Origin: Lama glama
Lineage: Eukaryota
Direction of reading: 5' to 3'
DNA length: 64,000 bases
Assembly (NCBI GenBank): GCA_028534125.1
Contig: CM052817.1
Coordinates: 84,880,001-84,944,000, forward strand
Positions within the stretch are counted from its first letter, which is position 1, and each line of letters starts with the position of its first letter. The notes beneath the pieces are model-generated. The model saw nothing but the letters and a program-made list of their open reading frames with translations. It was not told the origin of the DNA and did no database searches. A program made the translations under genes and the position numbers. Positions 51,190 through 63,618 of the stretch are shown here, piece after piece.

Positions 51190-51420
51190 CCCTGTGATAA
51201 AGAATACAAACTTTGGAACCTGGAGTCTGACTGCCTTGATTGGAATCTGTGTTCTGCATCTGGTACCTATGTGACCTATGTAAGTTACTTAACTTCTTAC
51301 TGTGACTTGGTTTCCTCACCTGTAAAATGGGGATGATCACAGAATTATAATGATTAAGTGGCAATATCAGTAAAGCACTCAAATGAGTGCTTAGCATGTG
51401 GTGGGTTCTTGTTTAGTATT
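51190..51420 (+). mobile_element. MIR
   Basis: 'ggagtctgactgcct...tgtgacctatgtaagttacttaac...gtttcctcacctgtaaaatggggatgat'. Confidence 0.9.
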
Positions 51421-51477
51421 ATAACAATACTCATTTATTTGTGTATTTTATGTTTACATCTACCACTATACATTTGC

Positions 51478-51548
51478 TCTGTATGTTTAAAATTACACAC
51501 ACAGTAGAATTTCTGTATGTTTAAAATTACACATGCAGTAGAATTTCT
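51478..51548. repeat. 34-bp tandem duplication
   Basis: Two copies of tctgtatgtttaaaattacaca(ca/tg)cagtagaatt. Confidence 0.95.
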
Positions 51549-51959
51549 TAAAAGATATACTAAAAAAAATACTAATTGAAGTTCTGATATTTTATTCCTG
51601 CATGCTGGAGGTCATCTTGCACAAGCCTTGGGATGAACGTCATCTGCCAATCAGTGCTCTAGAGCAGCAGCGTATGGAAATCCAGTGAGATAGTCACCAC
51701 TACGGATTCTGGGAAATGGATAGGAACAGGTTAAAAATGCAGGCAAGAACTCTGCACTACAAATATAAACCACCAGTGTCAAGGAGGACTTGCACCTGAA
51801 TTAGTTTCTTTTATAATAATTTCCTGTCAGGAGAGGGACAAATTGTCAGGCTTGACTCACCTTGGGCATGTAGGTGGACATAAGAGGAAGAACTGGCAGT
51901 AATAAGGAGTGAAGGGGTGCCAAAGAGAAAACTTCTGGTAAGAGAAACTTGATTGACAT

Positions 51960-52165
51960 CTGTCACCTCCCATGTGGCAGAAACTATGCTAAGTGATGCC
52001 TCACACATCTCTTTGGACACTCACAGCAACCCTGTGAGATTGACTATTTTTCCCGTATATGTAGGTGAGGGAGTTTAAATATTTTTCTAGTATGGCACAG
52101 CTTGTAGAGATATGTGTTAAAGATACAGTTTGAAGTCAACTTGCCTAACTCCTTGACTATCAGTA
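51960..52165 (-). mobile_element. MIR fragment
   Basis: 'ctcacagcaaccctgtgagat...attttt...gtaggtgagg...gcacagcttgta'. Confidence 0.65.
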
Positions 52166-53355
52166 TTTTCATCACACCCAACAGTAAACTTTCTATTTTG
52201 TTTGATTACATTAGCATAATAATTCCTCTCTCACACACACACACTTAAAAGCTATGGTTTCATAGAGCATTTAATCATTCTTAAAAATGTTTACTTTTCA
52301 TTATTCTACTAAACACAATGGTGGATATATGATGGTTTTGTAATTAATTGTTATTGATAGATTCACAGAATTTGTAGTATCTCTTTCCCTTGCTATTCAT
52401 TTTAAACCATCTGATGTCTCAGTATTCAGTGCATTGAGCTTTGAGTTAGAAAGTAATGGTTCTTAACCTTATTTGGGGACTTTTGGTTTGTCAGGAAATC
52501 ATAAAGTCTCTCTTTCTTACACACACACCCCCCCCCCATAATTTTAGTTGAGATTATTTTTTAAGACAAAAAACCCTGGGCTGTTAATGGAAAATAGTAT
52601 TAGAAATACTTTTAAATTACATTTGTTTAATGTATTGTCTCTCTCATGAAACTTTGGATTCTTTTGGTTTCGAATCATGGTCATTTGCTTAAGGAAAGGG
52701 CTGATCAGTCAAGAGGAAGACATGAAGAGATGTTCTTTTGTATATTTTATATTATTATTTTTTATATTCCAAGATGACTATGGTGATTATTAATTTGTCA
52801 TTCAAGTAAAAATTATTATTCTTGTTTCTCTTTTATAAGTCAAAGTGCATTGCTAATTTATAAGCATAGAACTACTGTAATCTGTTTTTCCACCTACACA
52901 GTGTCAATAAGATTTCATTTTTGCCCTTACAAATGGAAAGTGCAGCTTAATTGGTCGAATGAAACAGCAGCTCCAATACCTCAAGTATTTGGTCAATGGC
53001 CTTTTGTTCCACTAAAGGTCAGGAATATGTACACATATGAAAATGTGTTTTCATGCTGGAAAAAATAGATAGGTTAAAGTGATGCAGTAGTTAGGAATGT
53101 TGAATACTAACAGTCTAATAAAAAGTTACCAGTAAATATTTCACATAGCCTTCAAACAGTAGCCATATTAACAGGATTTAGGGCAGTTGTTAATGCCTTC
53201 ATAATCCATTTTATCATCTGTAATATTATTGCTCATAGAAGAAATAAGAATTTGGGGGGGGAAAGCTATATGCACTTCAAGTGCCTGTGTGAACATGCAC
53301 CAAATTCAGTTTTTGTTTTCATTTCTTTTAACTTGATTTACTTAGTTGACTTTTA

Positions 53356-53843
53356 TTTATTTATTTTTAAAATATTTTTATTGAAGTGTAGTCAGTTTAC
53401 AATGTTGTGTCAGTTTCTGGTGTACAGCACGACACTTCAGTCATATATGAACATACATATATTAGTTTTCATATTTTTTTCAACATAAGTTACTACAAGA
53501 TATTGAATATAGTTCCCTGTGCTATACAGTATAAACTTGTTGTTTATCTATTTTATATATATATATATATTAGTGAGTATCTGCAAATGTCAAACCCCCA
53601 ATTTATACCTTCCTACCCTCTTCCCCCTACTCCGGTAACCATAAGTTTGTTTTCTATGTCTATGAGTCTGTTTCTGTTTTGTAAATAAGTTCATTTGTCT
53701 TTTTTTTTTTTGATTCCAAATATGAGCGGTATCATATGGTATTTTTCTTTCTTTCTGGCTTGCCTCACTTAGAATGACATTCTCCAGGTTCATCTGTGTT
53801 ACTGCAAATGGCATTATTTTATTATTTTTTATGGCTGAGTAGT
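53356..53843 (-). mobile_element. 5'-truncated lineage-specific L1 3' end with 15-bp TSD
   Basis: 'ttttattgaagtgtagtcagtttacaatgttgtg'; TSD cttagttgactttta at 53341-53355 and 53844-53858. Confidence 0.95.
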
Positions 53844-54689
53844 CTTAGTTGACTTTTAAGTAGACATACAATCTTAATGTTTACCTGAAAATAATCAGTG
53901 ATAACCTCACTGAATATTTGTAGCTGAGAAACAGCCATAGTTGAAGGGATGATTAATTTTCCATATTTATGTTGCTTTAAACTTTTTATTTATTAATGTG
54001 GAAATTTCTAAATTTATTGTGCAATGCTATATGTTTGCTTTCTTTGGAGATTTAGTACTGCATATTTCAACACATTAGTTCGCATACTAGAAATCACAAC
54101 TCTTTGATAACAGATGGTTCAGCTTCTTGACTTCTGTAATGACCAAGCCTCACATTTCAGAGACTGTGAACCTTGTTGCTTCTTCACTCAGCCCTTCTGA
54201 TGTGTCTACCCAAGTATTCAGTATTATACACAGTGCAAGGGACAGAGAGAAAATTCCTTTTTGAGCCCTGCAGGCAGTTTATACCCTGAAGCATTAAATT
54301 TGATTGCTCTTGTTATCTGAACTTCCATACTTAATACAGTTGTCAATGTTCACAAAGTCATCCAGATCTTTGTAAACATGCAGCTCTAGAATTTGACTCA
54401 GTAGCCTCTAGTTATAGCAGATTTCATAGACTGTCTATCTCTTGCAAGGTAACATTACGTACACCAAGATTTTATGAACTGAGATCTGGCACTTAGAGTT
54501 AGCCACTGCTCCTTCATCAAAAATTAAGCACAGAAGAAAATGTCTCTGAAATCTAATGCAAGGCAAAGGTTTTTGCCTGATTTAATAGACAGGTTCATTT
54601 CTCTGTCTTCTCTCCCACCTATTTATATACTCACAAAAGCTGATCTACCTAAGACTTCCATATTACCAAGTCATCAAACTACATTCACA

Positions 54690-55212
54690 CATAAACTCCC
54701 TCCCCAGCTCCAACAAAATGCCCTGCCAGTGACTTGCATGTTGCTAAATCAAATGATTTGTGTTATGTTCTCATCCTGTCTGACCTCTCAGCAGCACTCA
54801 GCAATCTACACCATCCAATTTAGAACACTGCCCACCCTCTCTTGGTTTCCTCTACATCATGTTGTCCTGATTTTCCTACCGATTTTCTCCCTTTTATTTC
54901 CCAATTTCCTTCTCTTATCTTATACCTAAACATTGCACAATTCATCAAGGTAGTACCAGGTCTGGGTATATTTTGCTAGTAAATTCTCCCCATAAGTAAT
55001 TCCACCTCTATGTTGATGAATTGTGAACTTATGAATCAGTTTAAATCTTCCTTCCCTCGTTCCCAAACTGTGTCCAGGTGTCTACTTGACATCTTCACAT
55101 CCAGGTATATTCCAGGTATTTAAAATTTAATATATCCAAAACTAAACTCTTGATGTCTCCCCTTACCACCACTTCAAAACCTATTCTACCCTCGACTTTT
55201 CCCTATCTTGAG
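54690..55212 (+). mobile_element. L2 fragment
   Basis: 'catgttgctaaatcaaatg...tgacctctcagcagcact', 'tctacttgacatcttcac...aatatatccaaaactaaactcttgat'. Confidence 0.75.
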
Positions 55213-55846
55213 GGTTTACAGTGTGCCTGATATAGTGCTAAAAATCTCAAAGTCTTGGGAAATAATCATGAGTAAGTTGGACATAAGCCTCCCCCTTAGA
55301 AACTCATTTTCTAAAAGGGAGATAGACAAGATGAAACACAGGAAAATAAAATAGTTGCAATTCATAATAATTTCTGTGAAGGAAAAATTGAAGAATTGAG
55401 TCAATAGCTAACTTCTCCTGAGTATTATTTTAAGATGAGAAAGGCTTCTTCACTACTCATTTTTTTTTTCTATTATGCAACACCTAGCCTCTTTCTACCC
55501 TATCTCACTCCTCTCAGGAGTGATTTGTGAGTTACAGCGCACCTGCATCACCTTCCTTCTTTCCTTCCTCTCGGAAGTGTGCTTAACCCTGCCAAGGAAG
55601 TGCTCATGCTGTAAGTTTTTAGAACCCAGGTTCTGTGCTGATGGGGAAAACCTACAGTTATTTAATTGTTTACTCTCCTTCTTCCCTCTTGAAATACTAC
55701 CTGTCTATCCAGAGAATATTCTCATTTCCTTCCCAGTGATTTTAGAAGCGTCTCTTCTGCCTTTCTAGATCACAAACTGACCGTTTGAGGGTTTGAAAAG
55801 GCTTTAGATATGTGACTGTGACATCAAAGACCTCGACATCTAGACT

Positions 55847-56014
55847 AGGAATTGGAAAACTATAGTCCAGGCTTAAATTTGGCCATAACCTGGTTTAGTT
55901 TTTTAAAGGTTGTGCAAAAAATACAGATAAATATGCAACAAAGACTGTATGTGGCTTGCAAAGCCTAATATATTTACAATCTGGTCCTTTACAGAAAATG
56001 TTTACTGACTCCTA
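55847..56014. mobile_element. MER58A-like MITE
   Basis: 'taggaattggaaaactatagtcc...gcaaagcctaatatatttacaatctggtcctttacagaaaatgtttactgactccta'. Confidence 0.8.
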
Positions 56015-56704
56015 ATTTAGAACATGGAGCTAGGAATCTTCAGAAATAAACTGGTAATAACATCTTTGGAACAGTAAAATCCATATGGAGAAATTAGGCT
56101 TCTGGTAAAGCCAAGGTAGGTGACTTTGAATAATGGTGGTGTTTTATTAAATATAAGCCATGTGGATTTTTGGCATTGACAGTTTTTAGAGACTTATACT
56201 GGCTAATGTAGCCAGTTTTTACAGATGTGCAGTTAGTTTTTACCTCTTAAAATGAGATCCAATGAATCTTGGATTTCATGGCATTTATTATGTTTGAAGG
56301 TCACAGCAATGTATAGTTTTTTGTTTTGTTTTTGCATAGAGAAATAGTTTGTTTATATAAAGGGAGAGACCTGGTCCTCATCAAAGATTAAGGACTCGGA
56401 AAAATACCTGGTGCTCAGTGAAGGAGTAGAGCTCAAAAACAGCTTTAGGTAAGAAAGTGCTTCAGTGGAATGTCACAAGGGCAGAACTCATCTTTAGTGG
56501 AAGCATGTGTCTTTGAAGAGCTGCAGGCCACAGGTGACTTCACGGGGGCTGAAGTCCTTAGCAGATGCATGGCCCTCTCTGGTGTTGGTGGACAGACTCA
56601 GCACATGCTGACAGCCCTAGGGGTGGCCACTTATTAGCCACTGGCTGCTGCAGCTTGACCTACATACACACACACTTGGGTTGTAGGTGGACCTCAGCGC
56701 CTCA

Positions 56705-56853
56705 CCTGGTGAGGGTGAAACCAAGATATTCACTATCTCCCAACCCCCTCTCTCAGGCTGTTTTTCTCTGCCCATAGAAAGAGAAAGGGAGGGAGAGAGA
56801 GAAAAACAGTCTGAGAGAGAAAGAGAGAATATCTTGGTTTCACCCCCACCAGG
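56705..56853. repeat. nested inverted repeat / long hairpin
   Basis: Outer arms 56705-56731 and 56827-56853 (26/27 complementary); inner arms 56748-56769 and 56798-56819 (21/22). Confidence 0.95.
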
Positions 56854-57689
56854 ATACAGTTCCCTGTTATCAGGGAATGCCAATTCCATCTGAGAACGCT
56901 CCAGAGACTTGGGGAATGGCTTGCTTTCTCTATTTGGTGGCTGTGGAATTCCGTTAATTCTCAGACTCTTCAAATACTAGGTTCCAGGTAGCCTTGGCTC
57001 TGAACTAATTTTTAAGGTCTTTCTCCATTCTCAAGGAAGCCCAGCTCCACTCAGACATCAAGACCTTTCTGTCAGAGAATGAGCAGAATAGAAACTCAGG
57101 CATTATGAGTTGTGTAATTTTTTTTAACTTCAGACATAACGAAAAGAAAATTCAATTTGAAATGTTTACTCCAAGGAGGATTTTGTTTCCTTTTCCTTGC
57201 TGGGTAGTAGGCTATATTACAAACCCAGGATCTCTTTGATCATTTTAACCTCCATTGGGAATAAGCAGCTTGATGTGTGAGATTCAGGAATATGTGAAAC
57301 ACTCCTATTTTTGAAGGAACTCCTGGCCTTATTCAGTTGCTATCTCCATATCTAGGTTAGTTTCCCATTCTCTATTTCTTTTTCCAGTCTGTCCTTTTTC
57401 CTTTCCACTTTTTAATCCCTACTTTCTGTGAACTCCGAATGCATTAAAAATATGCTTTGTTCATACTTAATACTGCATGAGTGCATCATGGTATTTTATG
57501 AACTATACCATACCAAGCAAAAGTCCCTCCAATGTATTCTTCCCAATTTCAGCAGAGAACATAATTCTGAATATTTTTCTCTCCTTTTTATAAATCCTAT
57601 AATGATATTTCAATATTCTTTAAATAGAACCCATAACTCCTTAATGGACCATGTAAAAGCTATTATATACCTGCTTTTCCAAACTCTAC

Positions 57690-58060
57690 CTTCATACTTC
57701 TTCCCCTGTAATTATCAAATTCTGGTCACACTGGTCTTACTTTAATTGTTCAATCAGTTTCTGGCTCCTTCTGGTAATTCAAGTCTGGGCTTACTTGGCA
57801 TTCTTTCAGTTTCTTCCCATAGCTGGATAGGTCCTCTTACTGTGTGTTTGCTTCATAGCAAAAATTTGCTTGTATTTACCACAATTTGCAATTATATGTT
57901 TATGTTTGCATTTACTTTCTTAACGTTAGTCCCTTCCACTCAATTGCAAGTGCTTTGAGGGTAGAACCACATTTTTTTTTTCAAATAATCATCCCCCTGC
58001 ATATTACTTGGCAAATAAACTTGAATTAATAACAACAAATATCGTTAAATGGATGAGTGA
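57690..58060 (+). mobile_element. L2 3' fragment
   Basis: 'ggtcacactggtcttact', 'ccactcaattgcaagtgctttgagggtag', 'aaatatcgttaaatggatgagtgaa'. Confidence 0.6.
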
Positions 58061-58867
58061 ACATGTGAAAAAATGAAAACTTCTGACAACTGCAAATAAT
58101 TTTCTCTAAGATTTAAACTAAAATATAAAACAAAATTTATAGTATATCTAGGTTTCACATTTTTTCTAAAGAGAATTGAGTGGGTTTTGAGTTATCTAAT
58201 AATGATAATTACCAAAAGCATTCATTAGGTTTCTGTTTTACTTTTTGTACTTCTGAGTAACATGCAGAATGAATCAGTATAGTATCTTATCCCAAAAGGA
58301 TCAGTAAATGATGACTGATGACACTGAGGAATGTATAATAAAGCTTTTTCTAAAGAGTTATTTCTGTTCCACTCTTATTCAAGTATATGGACTGGTGATG
58401 CAATGATTCTTTTTTCACCTACTTGAATTAAAAAAAAAATAGCACCTTCTAGCACTATGCTCTGAGTACAAGATTCCCTAGGACATGAAAGTGCATTTAG
58501 TGTCAACCTAGTTTTTACATTCCAGAATGATTCCTAAGAGAAGAGAGAGGAACCAGGAATGGAGAAGAAACATTTGCAAATAGTAGAACTGCATGTGGTA
58601 TGTCTGACTGTGCTGAGTCCTCATCAGTGCTAGAGAAAAATGTTCTTTGCTAAGAATTGTAATGTTTTCAAGAAACCACTTAATTTGGAGTAAGAGTTAG
58701 TGCATATTTTCAAAGGGAATCTATTTCTACTAAGAATCAGAGAATTTTTACTGACAATAGATAAGTACCTTACACTTATCCAACTGCCATTTCAACTGCT
58801 ATCATGCTGCCCAATCTTCAATGCATTTTACTTTATTTTTTAACATCTCAGAGGTTTTTAATCCCTT

Positions 58868-58890
58868 TGTGTGTGTGTGTGTGTGTGTGT
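58868..58890. repeat. (TG)n microsatellite at the L1 tail
   Basis: Direct reading. Confidence 0.95.
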
Positions 58891-59620
58891 ATAATTGATG
58901 TTTAATCAGTTTACAATGTTGTGTCAATTTCTGGTGTACAGTATCATGCTTTAGTCATACATGAACATATGCATATTTGTTTTCATATTCTTTATCACCA
59001 CAAGTTACTACAAGATGTTGAATATAGTTCCCTGTGCTATACAGTATGAACTTCTTTTTTATCTATTATATATATATTAGTTAGTATCTGCAAATCTTGA
59101 ATTCCCAATTTATCCCTTCCCATCCTCTTTCCCACCCCCCAGTAACTGTAAGTTTGTTTTCTACGTCTGTGAGTCTATTTGTTTTGTAAATAAATTCATT
59201 TGTCTTTTATTTTAGATTCCACATATAAGTGATATCACATGATATTTTTCTTTCTCTTTCTGACTTGCTTCACTTAGAATAACGATCTCCAGTTTCATCC
59301 ATGTTGTTGCAATTTTATTCTTTTTTATGGCCGAGTAGTATTCCACTGTGTAAATATACCACAACTTCTTTATCCAGTCCTCTGTCGATGGACATTTAGG
59401 TTGTTTCCATGTCTTGGCTACTGTAAATAATGCTGCTGTGAGCATTAGGGTGCATGTATCTTTTTGAATTAGAGTTCCCTCTGGATATATGCCCAAGAGT
59501 AAGATTGCTGGATCATATGGTAAGTCTATTTTTTAGTTTCTTTGAGGAATCTCCAAACTGTTTTCCATAATGGTTGCACCAAATTACATTCCCATCAGTA
59601 GTATAGGAGGGTTCCCTTTT
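58891..59620 (-). mobile_element. lineage-specific L1 3' end
   Basis: ORF 59212-59496(-) MGIYPEGTLIQKDTCTLMLTAALFTVAKTWKQPKCPSTEDWIKKLWYIYT is the ORF2 C-terminus; 3'UTR related to 53356-53843. Confidence 0.95.
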
Positions 59621-59689
59621 GGAGAATAATTTTTATACACTTATTAGAATAATGTATTAAGATATATGCAATGTTTTAATTATATCAAC

Positions 59690-60040
59690 CACTTTTTCAC
59701 TTAGAGGCAGATTTTTGATGTGATATATTTGGAAAACAGAAGTATCATTAATTTAAAAATACCTTTGCCTGTATAATATTTTTGATAAAATGGTATTATA
59801 TTACCACACGCGTTGAACATACTCTCATAAAACCCTTGCAACTTCAGATTTAGCTTATTCAGTATTTGGAAAATGTCTGTCATCAAACCTAATTGACAAA
59901 GACAGATCTCACTGTCAACTTAATCAGGCAAAACAGAAAAAAAAAATTGGTTTTATTTTCTAATTCAAAAAATATGTGAATATATTTTACTATTACAGTC
60001 ATCTCACTTGTGAATTTAAAAATTATTATGTCCAGTAGTG
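59690..60040 (-). mobile_element. hAT (Charlie-type) transposase remnant
   Basis: ORF 59701-59886(-) TDIFQILNKLNLKLQG resembles the hAT motif YLxDIFxxLNxLNLxLQG. Confidence 0.65.
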
Positions 60041-60044
60041 TTTA

Positions 60045-61010
60045 ACCCAGGATTACGAGTATGATTAAAGAATAGAAAAAACTGTCAATGTGATTCACAA
60101 TATTAAATGGTTAAAGGGGAAGGATTCTGGTATCATTGAAAAATATACAAAGACTTTCATATATTTCTAATACTAAGTTCTTACTAAAATAAATAATCAA
60201 GACATAAAAAAACAAATAAACCATTTGGTAGGTAAGCTAAGAATAAAAAGAAACTTCTTAACCTGATGATAGAGTGTGTATGCAGTTATCCATAGCAGGT
60301 ATCTTGCCTAATAATAAAATGCTAGAAACTTACCCACTGAAGTAGACAATAACACTCAAAACTCCAGGTTCTCCTCAATACTGTTCTAGAGATACAATCT
60401 AATGCTAAGAAAATAAACATCAGTGAGATTTGAAGGTTATGAAAATAAGACATAAAGCTATCCTTATTTGCAACTGGTATGACTGCCTAAGGAAAAATAA
60501 TGTCCAACACAATCAACTAAAATTTATTAGATCTAATGAAAGATGGTTAGAGTACAGGTAAGCTTACAAAAATCTGTAGCTTTTCTATTTTGCAGAAATA
60601 ACCAATCAGGAAATAACCAAAATGGAAAAAATACTATTTATAGAATAGCAAGAAAAACTGTAAAGACTCAAGAAATAAGATGTGTGAGACCTATGGCAAT
60701 CAAACTCGTTAATGGATGTAAGGAGGATTCGTGGCAAGATATTCTATGTTCTTAGATGGAATGGAGTTCTGGATTGATGGAGAGATTACTAAGTTACTGG
60801 ATGGGAAGACCAAATATTTTTTAAAAGTCAATTTTTCAAAAATTAAGCTCTTCATTCAATGAATATTCTGTTGAAAATCTCAAAGAGATCTTTCCTAGAA
60901 CTCAATTTTAAAATTCATTTGAAAGTAAAACTTTAGCCAAAGAGATTTTGAAAAGAATACTGAAAAGAAACATCCTACAGATATTCAAGTATTCTACCAG
61001 TATTGTTGTA
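60045..61010 (+). mobile_element. old degenerate L1M ORF2 fragment
   Basis: 'aatgtgattcac', 'aacttcttaacctgat', 'tacaaaaatctgtagcttttctat', 'tggatgggaagac'. Confidence 0.7.
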
Positions 61011-63019
61011 CACACTATATTCAAGAGTAGATAATTTTTATGTTTTAGAAACTGCTTAAGAACACAGAAACATATAGCAATTTTCTCAACTTATAAGACT
61101 TGGATAACTCAGATACTAATACTGGATGTAGTGCAAAAAAGTCCTTATAAAAGACAGTAATTAAATGACAGTAATACCATCTCAAGAAGAGACACAAGTT
61201 GATTAGAAGCCAAAGTCTTGCATAAAGTGATTGAAGCTATGGTTCAATGTAACTGATTTAGTCTTCTTTTTGATAGTGTACATTTATTCAGCAAATATTT
61301 ATTGAGCATTTATTATGTGTAAGACACTATTTTAGGGACAAGGTTTTCACATAGCAAAAATCTATGATGGACAAAAGACAAAGTAGTTTTTTAGCAAAAA
61401 ATTTAAAAAAAAACCAAACAGTGGAAAAGATGACTTTCTTAAGAGTTGCTAGCCATTGTCTTTTAATACATAACAACGCATACTCTTATTATACTGTTTC
61501 TATGGAAAAATGCATTCTAAGTACTAACCAACTTTAAGGGGATGCTTGGCTTTCAACCTGTTTAAATTGAAAACTGTTTCTATATGACCCCTTTTAACAT
61601 TTAGAAGATGTTCTGAAGGCTTATAAATCTAGGTTAACAATCAGAATTATAAAAGAGGTAATTTAAATCCTTGCTTTAAATCATTTTTGTCATTTCTCTT
61701 TCCTACAAATGATAAGGAGAAACAAATGGAGACTTAGAAATTAATTAAACATTGGCCATTATGCCAAACAAAGTTTAGCCAGTACCTGTCTGAGATTGAA
61801 GCAAAACAACAATGGGAAAGAATGCTTATTGACTTCTCCTTTTGGGGAGTTGATTGGCCTCAGTAGGTGGTAGTAACTCTGCTATAATGATGATGCCACT
61901 CATTACGTCAGGAGGCGATCATCAGTTCCCAGAAATGCTGACCATCTATCTTCAAATATGTTCAGCATATCACTCATAATACAAAATCTTCTTTCCAGGC
62001 TCTTTAACTTGGTGGCTATATCCTTTTTTTAAATTTAGCTGGGTAAAAGGATTTCTGTTCTTGTAAGATGAGTCATTTATCAAATCCTAGTACAACTTTC
62101 CTCAGAAATTTTTAAATGTAACCCTTAATGTATGATAATAATGCCTTTTTATTTAGTTCTTTTAATTGTTCAATGCTTTCTTCACCTTTATCATTCTATT
62201 TTAAGCTAACAAGTTATGAATCCTGTAATAATTTGAGATTTTTTGCATCCAGCCTATCCACTCTCCTTTTCAAAGACTTCAGAAAACAGACAGTAGTTTC
62301 AATCACTTCATGTCTAGTGGAAGAATGACAGAGTGATCTAATGGGTCTTTTTCCAACTCCAAAAACTTTATGTCTTCCAAAAGGAATACTGTGCTTGCCA
62401 TTTGCTCTGCCGCATTTCCAGCATTTATCACTGTTGTTTAGAATCCTTGTCTTCCATCCTGCTGAGGGTGTGCATGTGTTACTTCTTGAAAAGTTGTCAT
62501 GTTGATTACTCTTATTTTTGGATCTAGAGTGTGTTTGTTTCTATTTGTTTCACAGCCGACCAGCATATAGATGGCTATAGTTTTTCAATCAGACTTTATT
62601 CATGGGGTTTGCTGCTCCTATATTAGTATTAATTATAGAAAAATCTCCTGTGCATATAAATACTTGCACTGTAGGTAAGACTACACCTGTGACCTATGCT
62701 TTAAAACTCAGCTTTAAAAACAGCCCTCTTGGGGCATTATTTATAATGAATCAATACTTTTAGAGTTCCTGTGTTCAGGATGCATTTAGCAATAAATTAT
62801 TGTGTTAGTTGATTCTTAGATTGTTTGTGAACATTTATTTGTTTCTAATAGGCACCTATAAATCTCAGAAAATACACTCTATTGGATAGCTAGTACATTG
62901 ATTTGCAGATATTTGGGTCACAAAGTATAACTTCAATTTAGAAAAGAAGCAATCGATAGAATAATTCATTTTCTATATTCATCTCAGTTACTTGATGATA
63001 AGCCTGTTAGAAAATCCTC

Positions 63020-63530
63020 TGTAGTGGACAGTGTGATTATCTCACAAACATCTGTTTTATTCCTTTCCCAATATGAAGCCCATTCTCTAGCCCCCATGTG
63101 TAGCCGTTGCTTGATTTGGGCAAAATTACCTCAACCCTGATTGCTACTCCCTATCTCTTGACACAGTGATTAGTTCAGTAATAGTTGTGTGACCCTGTTC
63201 TAAGCCAAAGATTACAAGATGTTCTCTTGGCTAGAGAACGTCATTCAAGGATGGCCCGATTAAGCATGAATGTCAGCACTCGTATTCCTTAGGTATGGGA
63301 AGTGAATATATTTTCCCTGTCTAGGACCACCACCATCATGTAGCGTGCATAAAAAGGCCACATGACTAATAGTGTGCCTCCAAGTTATGCAGCATGCAAT
63401 GAGCATAATCATATCCCAAAGTCCTGATTAAGCCCTAGTTGCTACTGGTGACAGTCTTGTGACCATGAATGAAGCCAGTCCAAGGACAAAGCTGGCATGA
63501 GAGTAAAGCTTAAAGAATTAGAAAATAAGG
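63020..63530 (+). mobile_element. old MLT1-type LTR
   Basis: Starts tgtagtggacagtgtg; 'cacagtgattagttcag...gtgaccc', 'ttgtgaccatgaatgaagccagtccaaggacaaagctggc'. Confidence 0.55.
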
Positions 63531-63569
63531 AAGTTGTGTGTGCAAACAAATGGTTTTGCAATAATGGCA

Positions 63570-63618
63570 TCATGATATTCATGGTATTAAAGTCATGATA
63601 TTCATGGTATTAAAGTCA
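63570..63618. repeat. perfect 23-bp tandem duplication
   Basis: Two copies of tcatgatattcatggtattaaag. Confidence 0.95.

Noticed and set aside
54540..54929. 129-aa plus-strand ORF
   Set aside because: Overlaps an L2 remnant and has no recognisable domain.
56565..56973. Overlapping ORFs with a repeated TKIF/NILVSP peptide
   Set aside because: A by-product of the inverted repeat and GA-rich tract, not evidence of coding.
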